From Salinivirgaceae bacterium (GTDB lineage: Bacteria; Bacteroidota; Bacteroidia; Bacteroidales; SZUA-534), in NCBI GenBank assembly GCA_024405635.1, contig JAKSOL010000013.1, positions 1 through 64,000 of the forward strand: a stretch of DNA of 64,000 nt, written 5' to 3'. This document shows, in pieces, positions 19,521 through 28,538 of the stretch. Made by a program: the position numbers and the translations under genes. The notes under the pieces were generated by a model, which saw only the letters and a program-made list of their open reading frames with translations, was not told where the DNA came from and made no database searches. Numbering within the stretch: position 1 is the first letter of the stretch; each line of letters opens with the position of its first letter.

Positions 19521-20175
19521 TACAAAGTACATATTTTGCTTACTATTTTGGCTGTCGTTGCTTAGCCTAACCGCAACCGCGCAAGGCACTCGCATCGGAT
19601 TACTAAAATATCAAGGCGGCGGCGATTGGTATGCAAACCCAACATCGCTACCCAACCTTATTGCATTTTGCAATAGCAACATTGGCTCTAATATAAATGA
19701 GGCCCCAGTTACTGTTGAAGTTGGCAGCAAAGAGCTATTTGGGTTACCAATGGTTCACATGACTGGGCACGGAAATGTGTTTTTCAACGAGCACGAAGTA
19801 AACAATCTCAGACAATACCTTAGTGGTGGCGGTTTTTTGCACATTGACGACAACTATGGCATTGACGCCTTTGTTCGCCGCGAAATGAAAAAGGTATTTC
19901 CCGACAAAGATTTTGTTGAGCTACCACTAAACCACGAGATATACAACATGATATACCCATTTCCAAACGGATTGCCCAAAATTCACGAGCACGACAACAA
20001 AGCCCCACAAGGCTTCGGTTTGTTTGTTGATGGCCGCCTAGTATGTTTCTACACCTACGAATGTGATCTTGGCGATGGTTGGGAAAGTGCAAGCGTACAC
20101 AACGATTCGGAACAAATCAGAACTCAAGCTTTAAAAATGGGTGCAAACATAGTAACCTACGTTTTTAGCCACTAA
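19513..20175 (+). CDS. DUF4159-like exported protein
   Basis: Signal peptide; GGGDWYANP, HMTGHG, GGFLHIDDNYG, DLGDGWE. Confidence 0.75.
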   Translation: MSNTKYIFCLLFWLSLLSLTATAQGTRIGLLKYQGGGDWYANPTSLPNLIAFCNSNIGSNINEAPVTVEVGSKELFGLPMVHMTGHGNVFFNEHEVNNLRQYLSGGGFLHIDDNYGIDAFVRREMKKVFPDKDFVELPLNHEIYNMIYPFPNGLPKIHEHDNKAPQGFGLFVDGRLVCFYTYECDLGDGWESASVHNDSEQIRTQALKMGANIVTYVFSH

Positions 20176-20231
20176 CAATAGTAGCACCACACAACCAACA
20201 TTATTGAATTGTTGCAACAAATACTACACAC

Positions 20232-20262
20232 AAAAAAAGCCACTTTTTGATGTGGCTTTTTT
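20232..20262. terminator. Bidirectional intrinsic terminator
   Basis: AAAAAAAGCCAC...GTGGCTTTTTT. Confidence 0.8.
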
Positions 20263-20277
20263 AGTATTTAATCTTAG

Positions 20278-20655
20278 TTATTCAATTGCAATAAATTTGA
20301 AAGGCAAATCAACCAAATCACGAAAATATTCACCGGCATCAAGCATATCTTCATCGTCCTTTTGATAAAACCAGTGAATTTCAACCGATTTACCATTCTT
20401 AAACATATTGTTCATTTTCTTTATCAAACTAAAGAACATACGCGAAGTTGCAGTGTTATAATAACGCATTTTAAAAGTTAAAACCGTTTTAGGTGCAGGA
20501 TTATTTGAGTATTCGTCAACCCAATTCAAAACCGAATCGTAAAGCAATACAACATTTTCAGGCAACGATTGCCCTGCAATAGACAACTCGCCAGTACTTG
20601 CAATAAACTGCAAATCTGGATTTTGTTTGCTTGGTAGAATAATCAAATCTTTCAT
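20278..20655 (-). CDS. SiaC/DUF1987-family regulatory phosphoprotein
   Basis: GQSLPEN, YYNTATS, WFYQKDDEDMLDAGE; TAAATTTG on - strand at 20678-20685. Confidence 0.8.
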   Translation of the reverse strand: MKDLIILPSKQNPDLQFIASTGELSIAGQSLPENVVLLYDSVLNWVDEYSNNPAPKTVLTFKMRYYNTATSRMFFSLIKKMNNMFKNGKSVEIHWFYQKDDEDMLDAGEYFRDLVDLPFKFIAIE

Positions 20656-20811
20656 AAGTAAAATATAATTTGAGCGCCAAATTTAGAAACAAAATACCAC
20701 AAAACACATAAAAGCATACGATTTTTGAACACATAACCAGTTGATAAAATTACGTAACATACGTATAACACTAAAAAAGCAGCAAGTGCCATTTATATGG
20801 TTTTTATTAAG

Positions 20812-20819
20812 TACATTTG
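20812..20819 (+). promoter_or_regulatory. -7 element for serC-serA
   Basis: TACATTTG. Confidence 0.6.
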
Positions 20820-20855
20820 CGGCTCATTATAAAATGTGCAAGTAATATTTAAACT

Positions 20856-21941
20856 ATGAGAAAACATATTTTCAACGCAGGTCCATGCAAACTATCAGAC
20901 ATGACCTTGGAGAACACAGCTAAAGCTGTAATGGAACTTGAAAATTGCGGACAATCAATCCTTGAGGTTTCGCACCGTTCAAAAGATTTTCAAGCCGTAA
21001 TTGATGAGGCTGTTGCCTTGTTTAAAGAAGTAATGAACATTCCAGACAACTACCACGTATTATTCCTTGGCGGTGGCGCAAGCACACAATTTGGAATGAT
21101 TCCTTTCAACTTCTTGAAGAAAAAAGCTGCTTACGTTGATACCGGTACATGGTCATCAAAAGCTATTAAAGAAGCTAAAATTATGGGCTTTGGCGAAGTT
21201 GAAGTTATTGCTTCATCTGAAGACAAAAACCACACTTTCTACCCACAAGATTTCAAAATCCCTACAGATGTTGACTACCTACACATCACCACAAACAACA
21301 CCATTCGTGGTACTGAGATTTTGAAAGATATTGACTCTCCTGTTCCATTGATTGCCGACATGTCATCAGATATTTTGAGCCGTCCAGTTGACGTTACAAA
21401 ATATGCTATGATTTATGCTGGTGCACAAAAGAACGTTGGTCCTGCAGGTGCTACAATCGTAATTATCCGCGACGACATGTTGCAAAAAGTTGCAGAGCGT
21501 CCAATCCCAACAATGTGGCGCTACGACATTCACGTTAAAGATGGTTCAATGTACAACACACCTCCATGCATCAACATTTTCGCTATTCGCGAGACCTTGA
21601 AATGGGTTAAGAGCATGGGCGGTTTGAAAGCTATGGAAGATCTTGCAATTAAACGTGCAAAAGTTGTATATGACGAAATTGAACGCAATAGCTTGTTTAT
21701 GTCGCCAGTATCACCAGAGTCACGTTCTCGCATGAACATTCCTTTTGTTTGGACTCCAGGCAACGAGCAATACCAAGATGCATTTATGGATTATGCTAAA
21801 AAATGCAACATTGTTGGTATTAAAGGCCACCGTTCAGTAGGCGGTTTCCGTGCATCAACCTACAACGCTTGCAGCATGGAAGATGTTGAAGCTTTGGCAA
21901 AATGCATGGCAGAGTTTGAAAAACAAGTAAAAAACAAATAA
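20856..21941 (+). CDS. serC: Phosphoserine aminotransferase
   Basis: FNAGP, SHRS, GGASTQF, DMSS, GAQKN, YNTPP, GHRSVGGFRAS. Confidence 0.95.
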   Translation: MRKHIFNAGPCKLSDMTLENTAKAVMELENCGQSILEVSHRSKDFQAVIDEAVALFKEVMNIPDNYHVLFLGGGASTQFGMIPFNFLKKKAAYVDTGTWSSKAIKEAKIMGFGEVEVIASSEDKNHTFYPQDFKIPTDVDYLHITTNNTIRGTEILKDIDSPVPLIADMSSDILSRPVDVTKYAMIYAGAQKNVGPAGATIVIIRDDMLQKVAERPIPTMWRYDIHVKDGSMYNTPPCINIFAIRETLKWVKSMGGLKAMEDLAIKRAKVVYDEIERNSLFMSPVSPESRSRMNIPFVWTPGNEQYQDAFMDYAKKCNIVGIKGHRSVGGFRASTYNACSMEDVEALAKCMAEFEKQVKNK

Positions 21942-21953
21942 ACCTAAATTGAG

Positions 21954-22877
21954 ATGAAAAAGATTTTGATAGCAACCCAAAAACCATTTGCTGCAGCAGC
22001 TGTAAAAAGCATGACTAGCATTGCAGAAGGTAAGGGATACGAAGTAAAATTGCTTGAAAAATATGCTGAACAAAGCGAATTTGTAGCTGCAGCTGCTGAT
22101 GCTGACGCAATCATTATTCGTAGCGACATTGCCGACAAAGATGTGTTGGCAAATGCTAAGAACTTGAAAGTGATTGTTCGTGCAGGTGCTGGTTACGACA
22201 ACATCGACCTTGAGGCTTGCACCGCTAATGGTGTTTGCGCAATGAACACTCCAGGCCAAAACTCAAACGCAGTAGCTGAGTTGGTTTTCGGAATGTTGGT
22301 TTATGCTGTTCGCAATTTCTTCAACGGCAAATCAGGTAGCGAGTTGATGGGCAAAAAACTTGGTATCCTAGCATTTGGTAACGTTGGTCGCAATGTGGCT
22401 CGCGTAGCTAAAGGCTTTGGCATGGAGGTTTATGCTTACGATGCATTCTGCCCTAAAGAAGCTATTGAAGCTGCTGGTGTAAAAGCAGTTGAATCTCAAG
22501 ATGCTTTGTTTGAAACCTGCGACATTGTTTCACTTCACATTCCTGCAACAGCAGAAACAAAAAATAGCATCAACTACGCTTTAGTTAACAAAATGAAAAA
22601 AGGCGGTATCGTTGTAAATACAGCTCGCAAAGAGGTTATCAACGAGGCTGAACTTATCAAGTTGATGGAAGAACGTGAAGACTTGAAATACATTACCGAC
22701 ATTATGCCAGACGCAAACGAAGAGTTTGCTGCAAAATTTGCTGGTCGCTATTTCTCAACTCCAAAGAAAATGGGTGCACAAACTGCAGAGGCTAACAACA
22801 ACGCTGGCATTGCAGCTGTAAACCAAATCATCGATTTCTTTGAAAACGGAAACGAAAAGTTTAGAGTAAACAAATAA
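21954..22877 (+). CDS. serA: D-3-phosphoglycerate dehydrogenase (short type)
   Basis: RAGAGYDNID, NTPGQNSNAVAE, FGNVG, VNTAR; follows serC. Confidence 0.8.
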   Translation: MKKILIATQKPFAAAAVKSMTSIAEGKGYEVKLLEKYAEQSEFVAAAADADAIIIRSDIADKDVLANAKNLKVIVRAGAGYDNIDLEACTANGVCAMNTPGQNSNAVAELVFGMLVYAVRNFFNGKSGSELMGKKLGILAFGNVGRNVARVAKGFGMEVYAYDAFCPKEAIEAAGVKAVESQDALFETCDIVSLHIPATAETKNSINYALVNKMKKGGIVVNTARKEVINEAELIKLMEEREDLKYITDIMPDANEEFAAKFAGRYFSTPKKMGAQTAEANNNAGIAAVNQIIDFFENGNEKFRVNK

Positions 22878-22898
22878 TATTTGCTCAAGAAAAGCACT

Positions 22899-22932
22899 AA
22901 AAAATCCCAAGCACATTACTTGGGATTTTTTT
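22899..22932 (+). terminator. Intrinsic terminator after serA
   Basis: AAAAAATCCCAAG...CTTGGGATTTTTTT. Confidence 0.8.
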
Positions 22933-22960
22933 ATTTTCACCGATAATAAAATGTACAATT

Positions 22961-24208
22961 ATGGCAATAGTAAAACCATTTAAAGGTGTTAAACCACCAC
23001 AAGCAATAGCAAAAAATTTATCGTGCCTACCATACGATGTTATGAACTCAGAGGAAGCTGCTGCAATGGCTGAGGGCAAAGCAGAGTCGTTGCTACACGT
23101 AACTCGCGCCGAAATAGACTGCCCTGCAGGCACCGACATTCATTCAGCAACAGTTTATAACAAATCGGTAGAAAACTACAAAAAAGCAAAAGACAATGGT
23201 TGGCTTGTGCAAGACGAAGATGCAAAGTACTACATCTACGCTCAAACCATGAACGGCCGCACACAATATGGCATTGTTGGTTGCGCATCATGCGAAGACT
23301 ACAACAACGGCATTATTAAAAAACACGAACTTACTCGTCCAGACAAAGAAGAAGACCGCATGGTTCTTACTCGTTACTTGAATGCGAACATTGAGCCTGT
23401 ATTCTTCTCATACAAAGCTGTACCTGAGATTGATGCAATTGTTGAAAACATTGTAAAGAACCAAGCTCCTGACTACGATTTTGTTGCAGAAGATGGTTTT
23501 GGTCATCATTTTTGGAGCATCAACGACAAAGCTACAAACAAAGAACTTGAGCAATTGTTCTTAACCAAAGTTCCTTATACTTATGTTGCTGACGGACACC
23601 ACCGCACCGCAGCTGCTGCTCGTATCGGCTTGGAGAAAAAAGGTCAAAATCCAAACCATACTGGCAACGAGGAATACAACTTCTTTATGGCTGTTCATTT
23701 TCCTGACAACCAACTAAAAATTATTGATTACAACCGTGTGGTAAAAGATCTTAACGGCTTGAGCGACAGCGACTTTTTGGCTGCATTGAACAAAGATTTT
23801 GTTGTAACACCAATGGGAGCCGACATTTACCAACCAGCTCAACTACACGAGTTTAGCATGTATATCAATGGTCAATGGTATAAACTAAACGCCAAAGAAG
23901 GCACATACAACGATTCAGACCCAATTGGAGTTTTGGATGTTACCATTCTTTCGAACCTTGTACTTGACAATATTTTGGGAGTTAAGGACTTGCGTACTAC
24001 TACACGAGTTGAATTTGTTGGTGGTATTCGCGGTCTTGGCGAATTGAAAAAACGTGTTGATTCTGGCGAGATGAAGGCTGCATTTGCTCTTTATCCTGTT
24101 TCAATGAAACAACTAATAAACATTGCCGACTCTGGTAACATTATGCCTCCAAAAACTACTTGGTTTGAACCAAAATTGCGTTCAGGACTTGTAATTCACG
24201 AGTTGTAA
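22961..24208 (+). CDS. DUF1015 family protein
   Basis: PYDV, KKHELT, YVADGHHR, MPPKTTWFEPKLRSGL. Confidence 0.85.
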   Translation: MAIVKPFKGVKPPQAIAKNLSCLPYDVMNSEEAAAMAEGKAESLLHVTRAEIDCPAGTDIHSATVYNKSVENYKKAKDNGWLVQDEDAKYYIYAQTMNGRTQYGIVGCASCEDYNNGIIKKHELTRPDKEEDRMVLTRYLNANIEPVFFSYKAVPEIDAIVENIVKNQAPDYDFVAEDGFGHHFWSINDKATNKELEQLFLTKVPYTYVADGHHRTAAAARIGLEKKGQNPNHTGNEEYNFFMAVHFPDNQLKIIDYNRVVKDLNGLSDSDFLAALNKDFVVTPMGADIYQPAQLHEFSMYINGQWYKLNAKEGTYNDSDPIGVLDVTILSNLVLDNILGVKDLRTTTRVEFVGGIRGLGELKKRVDSGEMKAAFALYPVSMKQLINIADSGNIMPPKTTWFEPKLRSGLVIHEL

Positions 24209-24231
24209 TATCTATAGATGCACATAATCAC

Positions 24232-24266
24232 AAAGCTCTGATTGCTATTGCAGTCGGGGCTTTTTT
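24232..24266. terminator. Intrinsic terminator
   Basis: AAAGCTCTGATTGC...GCAGTCGGGGCTTTTTT (with G-U pairs). Confidence 0.7.
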
Positions 24267-24270
24267 ATTG

Positions 24271-25554
24271 TCATTTTATTGATTGGTCATAAACTTTAAC
24301 CAACTTAAACAACCAAAACAAGAAAACCAGTTTCAGCAGAAAATTACCAATTCCATACAAAGCAATGCCAAGCATAAAATTACCCATACACACACCTAGT
24401 AAAAGTGCTGATAATCTGATTAATAAATACATTATTTCAAAAATCAAATTTGCACGTTGACACTGAAACACATCAACTATATAACTAACCGATTCTGTAA
24501 TAAAATTCAGAGCTAACCAAGGAAGTAAAAGTCTAATATACAGACCGGTAACGCTCCATTCTTCGCCTAAAAGCCAACCTGTAAAACTTGGTAAAACAAT
24601 TGCTAATACAACAAATAGAGGAACAAGCAAAGACAACGAGCAAAAAACAAACTTTCTAAAAAATGGCATAATTCGCTCGCCACAATTAACTTGCTCGCTT
24701 GTACGCTGAAAAAAAACCTGATACAATGATGCACTAACCGTGCTTATCGGCTTAAATGCAAGAGTAAACGCCATTCCAAAAAAACCAACTTGATATGCAC
24801 CAAAAAAAGGGACGAGCAAAAGCACCGGCAAATTGGCACTAATACTATTAATCAACGACTTTGGCAACGAATATCTTGGGAAATTGGAAAATTCGCATGC
24901 AGCACTAGCAATTTCAGTTCTATCAAACTTAAACAATGGCGCAAAAATGTACTTTGGAACCGACAAAACACTAATTATCAACGACACAATAGGAGCAATC
25001 ACAGTTGGGTAAACTAAACCAAAAGGCGCTTTTGCACAACCAAGCCCAACTTTTGCCCCAGCACTAACAATACTTTGCGACATTTGGTAACCACTTATAG
25101 CGCCAAACCTTTTAACTCTTGTGTACCAATAATTTAACAGCATCCATATTGACGAAACAAGAACATAAAACGGCATAAGCCAAAGCAAATTGGCCAAACT
25201 CGGTTCATTAAACATTTTGGCAATAGGAGTTGAAAAAGAAGTTGCAAAAAACAACACAACAAATGACACCAACGATGTTATTATTCCAACATGAAACACT
25301 CCAACTGCGCGCTTGTGGCTAGCAGGAAGTACAATTGCATATTCATACTCGGCCAACGATATCAATATCAAAATTGACCCTATAGATACAAAGAGATTGA
25401 ATAAACCAAAATCGGCAGGAGAATACATTCGTGTTAGAATGGGATACACAACAAGTCCAATTGCTTGAGCCAACACATTAGCCATCAGCAATTTGGCAGA
25501 ATTGCGCGTAATATCTAACGACATAAAATTAAATACTGCTCCTATTTTTATCAT
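24271..25554 (-). CDS. Oligosaccharide flippase (Wzx/PST family)
   Basis: PILTRMYSPADFG and multiple TM segments; start is 25554 or 25524; TACTTTTG on - strand at 25559-25566. Confidence 0.8.
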   Translation of the reverse strand: MIKIGAVFNFMSLDITRNSAKLLMANVLAQAIGLVVYPILTRMYSPADFGLFNLFVSIGSILILISLAEYEYAIVLPASHKRAVGVFHVGIITSLVSFVVLFFATSFSTPIAKMFNEPSLANLLWLMPFYVLVSSIWMLLNYWYTRVKRFGAISGYQMSQSIVSAGAKVGLGCAKAPFGLVYPTVIAPIVSLIISVLSVPKYIFAPLFKFDRTEIASAACEFSNFPRYSLPKSLINSISANLPVLLLVPFFGAYQVGFFGMAFTLAFKPISTVSASLYQVFFQRTSEQVNCGERIMPFFRKFVFCSLSLLVPLFVVLAIVLPSFTGWLLGEEWSVTGLYIRLLLPWLALNFITESVSYIVDVFQCQRANLIFEIMYLLIRLSALLLGVCMGNFMLGIALYGIGNFLLKLVFLFWLFKLVKVYDQSIK

Positions 25555-25652
25555 ACAACAAAAGTAATTGCGCAAAACATAAACGCATATACTCACCAAC
25601 TATTTTTTTGTGCAACATAAATCAGCAACTTTGCCACAACAAACACAAGCCA

Positions 25653-27272
25653 ATGAATCTCTTTCAACGACACATTTCACCCTCCGAATTGCCACAACAA
25701 TTCACCTACCCTTTTTGCTACACTCCGCACCCTCTTTGTATTGAAGCAAAAGAAATTGTTATGAAACTTATTGCTAGTAAAACCGAATGGCACAACGAGT
25801 TACAACAAGGAAAGATGTTTGGTGTTCTTGTGGTTGAAAAGAATAATCAAGTTGGTTTTCTTTCTGCATTTTCAGGAAATCTCAACGGCAAAAACCAACA
25901 CGATTATTTTGTGCCACCTGTTTTCGATTTTATGTCACCTACTGATTACTTCAAAATTGAAGAAGGCAATATATCGGCCATTAATAAAGAAATACAAGAC
26001 TTACAGCAAGGTGGTGAATATCAAAAGCTTAAGCTGCGAATAAAACAATTATCAAGCGATATTGAGCAACAATTAAGCAACAAAAAAGAGGCACTTAAAA
26101 AATCGAAATTGCAACGCGATGCAATACGACAAGGACACCCTAACAACGAAACATTGCAAAAACTGATTGCCGAAAGCCAATTTGAGAAGGCTGAATTTTC
26201 TCGATTAAAACGTCTATTATCTGCTAAACTTGAGCAAGAAACTTCCAAGTTGCATAGTATTGAGAAACTGATTGAAAATAAAAAAAACGAATGCCACCAA
26301 CGGTCGGCAGCACTGCAAACTTGGCTATTCAATCAGTTTCAAATGCTCAATGCTAAAGGTGAAACGCGCTCACTCAACGACATATTCAACGACATAGGCA
26401 TCAACCTTCCACCTAGTGGCAGCGGTGAGTGTGCCGCTCCAAAATTGCTTCAATATGCATATATAAATGGCTATAAACCAATTGCTATGGCCGAATTTTG
26501 GTACGGCAACTCTCCTATTGGCGAAATTCGCACACATGGCAACTTCTATCCATCATGCCGACACAAGTGTTTTCCAATCTTAAGGTTTATGCTACAAGGT
26601 TTAGATGTAGAGCGCAACCCGTTGATGCAACACATTGATGCCGAGTTAACTATAGAATACGAAGACGAGTATTTAATGATTGTAAACAAACCTGCAGGGC
26701 TTCTTTCAGTACCTGGCAAAGAAAGCGACGACTCGGTTCTTGACAGAATTATAGCGATGCGACCAACAGCAAGTGGGCCTCTAATTGTTCATCGACTTGA
26801 TCAAGCCACATCAGGTCTTTTAATAATTGCAAAAGACAAAAATACCCATGCACTTTTACAGCAGCAATTTACGAACAGACTGATACACAAGCACTACGCC
26901 GCACTTTTAGATGGTGTTCCATTGCAAGCAAGGGGAATAATAGAGCTACCTCTTTGCCCAAACATACATGACCGACCACGGCAAATGGTTTCAAAACAAT
27001 TTGGCAAAAAAGCAACCACCAAATATCAAGTTATTAGCACTTTAAACCAACGAACTCTGATTGATTTTGAACCACTCACAGGCCGCACCCATCAACTACG
27101 AATTCATTCGGCTCACAAACTTGGACTAAACTGCCCTATTGTTGGCGATAATTTATATGGCACCCCAAATTCTCGACTATTTTTACATGCATACAAGCTC
27201 CTGTTTACACATCCCATAACGCTTCAATTAATTGATATTGAAATAAATATACCTTTCGGCATAAATCAATAA
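25653..27272 (+). CDS. Long RluA-family pseudouridine synthase with an N-terminal extension
   Basis: NKPAGLLSVPG, VHRLDQATSG, TGRTHQLR, IVGDNLYG; N-terminal coiled coil and GECAAPKLL...PSCRHKC. Confidence 0.88.
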   Translation: MNLFQRHISPSELPQQFTYPFCYTPHPLCIEAKEIVMKLIASKTEWHNELQQGKMFGVLVVEKNNQVGFLSAFSGNLNGKNQHDYFVPPVFDFMSPTDYFKIEEGNISAINKEIQDLQQGGEYQKLKLRIKQLSSDIEQQLSNKKEALKKSKLQRDAIRQGHPNNETLQKLIAESQFEKAEFSRLKRLLSAKLEQETSKLHSIEKLIENKKNECHQRSAALQTWLFNQFQMLNAKGETRSLNDIFNDIGINLPPSGSGECAAPKLLQYAYINGYKPIAMAEFWYGNSPIGEIRTHGNFYPSCRHKCFPILRFMLQGLDVERNPLMQHIDAELTIEYEDEYLMIVNKPAGLLSVPGKESDDSVLDRIIAMRPTASGPLIVHRLDQATSGLLIIAKDKNTHALLQQQFTNRLIHKHYAALLDGVPLQARGIIELPLCPNIHDRPRQMVSKQFGKKATTKYQVISTLNQRTLIDFEPLTGRTHQLRIHSAHKLGLNCPIVGDNLYGTPNSRLFLHAYKLLFTHPITLQLIDIEINIPFGINQ

Positions 27273-27330
27273 TTATCCAACAACACGTTTGGCGCGTTTT
27301 TTGCTTGTTATTTCATAAAAAAATTGAAAT

Positions 27331-27960
27331 ATGGGAACAATACAAACTTGCATTTTGCTTTGCATTTTGGCTTATTTAATCGGTTCAATTCCTTCAGCAG
27401 TATGGATTGGTAAAGCATTTTACGGCATTGATGTCCGCGAACATGGTAGCGGCAATGCAGGAACAACCAACACCATTCGTGTTTTAGGAACAAAACCAGG
27501 CATTGTTGTTTTTGCCATCGACATGTTGAAAGGCATGTTGGCTGTTAGCATGATTAAGTTATTTCAAATTGCCCCAGAAAGCAACCTATTTATAAACACA
27601 CAACTTTTGTTGGCTGTATTTGCTGTTTTAGGTCACATATTTCCATTGTATGCACAATTCCGCGGAGGAAAAGGTGTTGCTACAATTTTGGGTGGAGTTT
27701 TTGCATTTATGCCATTTGAGGCATTGTGTTGCCTTGTCATTTTTATTGTAATCTTAAGCCTTACCCGTTACGTGTCGCTAGGATCAATGATTGGCGGACT
27801 ATGTTTCCCTTTACTTACTATATTTATTTTCAAAGAGCCAATTCAATGCATCATTTTTTCAATAATGGTTGGCATGTTGCTCATCGCAACTCATAAAAAG
27901 AATATCGTTAGACTAATTAACAAAGAGGAAAACAAATTCTCATTTAAAAAGAGCGTTTAG
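27331..27960 (+). CDS. plsY: Glycerol-3-phosphate acyltransferase PlsY
   Basis: YLIGSIP, GSGNAGTTN, GHIFP..FRGGKGVAT, HKKNIVRL. Confidence 0.93.
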   Translation: MGTIQTCILLCILAYLIGSIPSAVWIGKAFYGIDVREHGSGNAGTTNTIRVLGTKPGIVVFAIDMLKGMLAVSMIKLFQIAPESNLFINTQLLLAVFAVLGHIFPLYAQFRGGKGVATILGGVFAFMPFEALCCLVIFIVILSLTRYVSLGSMIGGLCFPLLTIFIFKEPIQCIIFSIMVGMLLIATHKKNIVRLINKEENKFSFKKSV

Positions 27961-27983
27961 TTATTTCATAAACATAAACATAC

Positions 27984-28018
27984 AAAAAAAGCACTTACCA
28001 ATGGCAAGTGCTTTTTTT
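27984..28018. terminator. Bidirectional intrinsic terminator
   Basis: AAAAAAAGCACTT...AAGTGCTTTTTTT. Confidence 0.85.
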
Positions 28019-28035
28019 ATGGTTAAAAACTTAGT

Positions 28036-28422
28036 TTATTCGGTTTCCATTATAGTTTCAAACGGCACATCAACACGTTCTCTGTAAATTTCACCCGACT
28101 CAAGGATCTCCTCGTCATCTTCGGCATAAAACCATTTAATAGCAACTCGGCAACCGCTATGACTAATAAGTTCAAACTTCTTCATAATGTCAAGAAACAT
28201 TTTTGAACTTGAAGTATTGAAATAAATCATGTGAAACTCAATATTGAACTCAATATTTGGTTCAAGCGAGAAATCATCAATCCACTTCATTATTGGCTTA
28301 AAAAAAGCGGCAGGGTTCTCTGGCAACGATTTTCCTTTGAACAAGAATGTATTTGTATCCTTGTCAAGAACAACAGTTGGAGTAACTTCGGTACCTTCAA
28401 TAATTAAAGGATTAATTGCCAT
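28036..28422 (-). CDS. SiaC/DUF1987-family regulatory phosphoprotein (second copy)
   Basis: TPTV, GKSLPEN, YFNTSSSK, WFYAEDDEEILESGE. Confidence 0.85.
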   Translation of the reverse strand: MAINPLIIEGTEVTPTVVLDKDTNTFLFKGKSLPENPAAFFKPIMKWIDDFSLEPNIEFNIEFHMIYFNTSSSKMFLDIMKKFELISHSGCRVAIKWFYAEDDEEILESGEIYRERVDVPFETIMETE

Positions 28423-28449
28423 GGTTAATTACGATTTCACATTGTTGCG

Positions 28450-28525
28450 CAAAAGTAAAAATTATACGATAGCAACTCTATTTTTTTTGAAAAATCTAGC
28501 GATGGTCGCATTTATAGTATATTTG
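28450..28525. promoter_or_regulatory. Divergent -7 elements for the siaC-like gene and mtaB
   Basis: TACTTTTG on - strand (28450-28457) and TATATTTG on + strand (28518-28525). Confidence 0.65.
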
Positions 28526-28538
28526 CGGCAAATAACTA

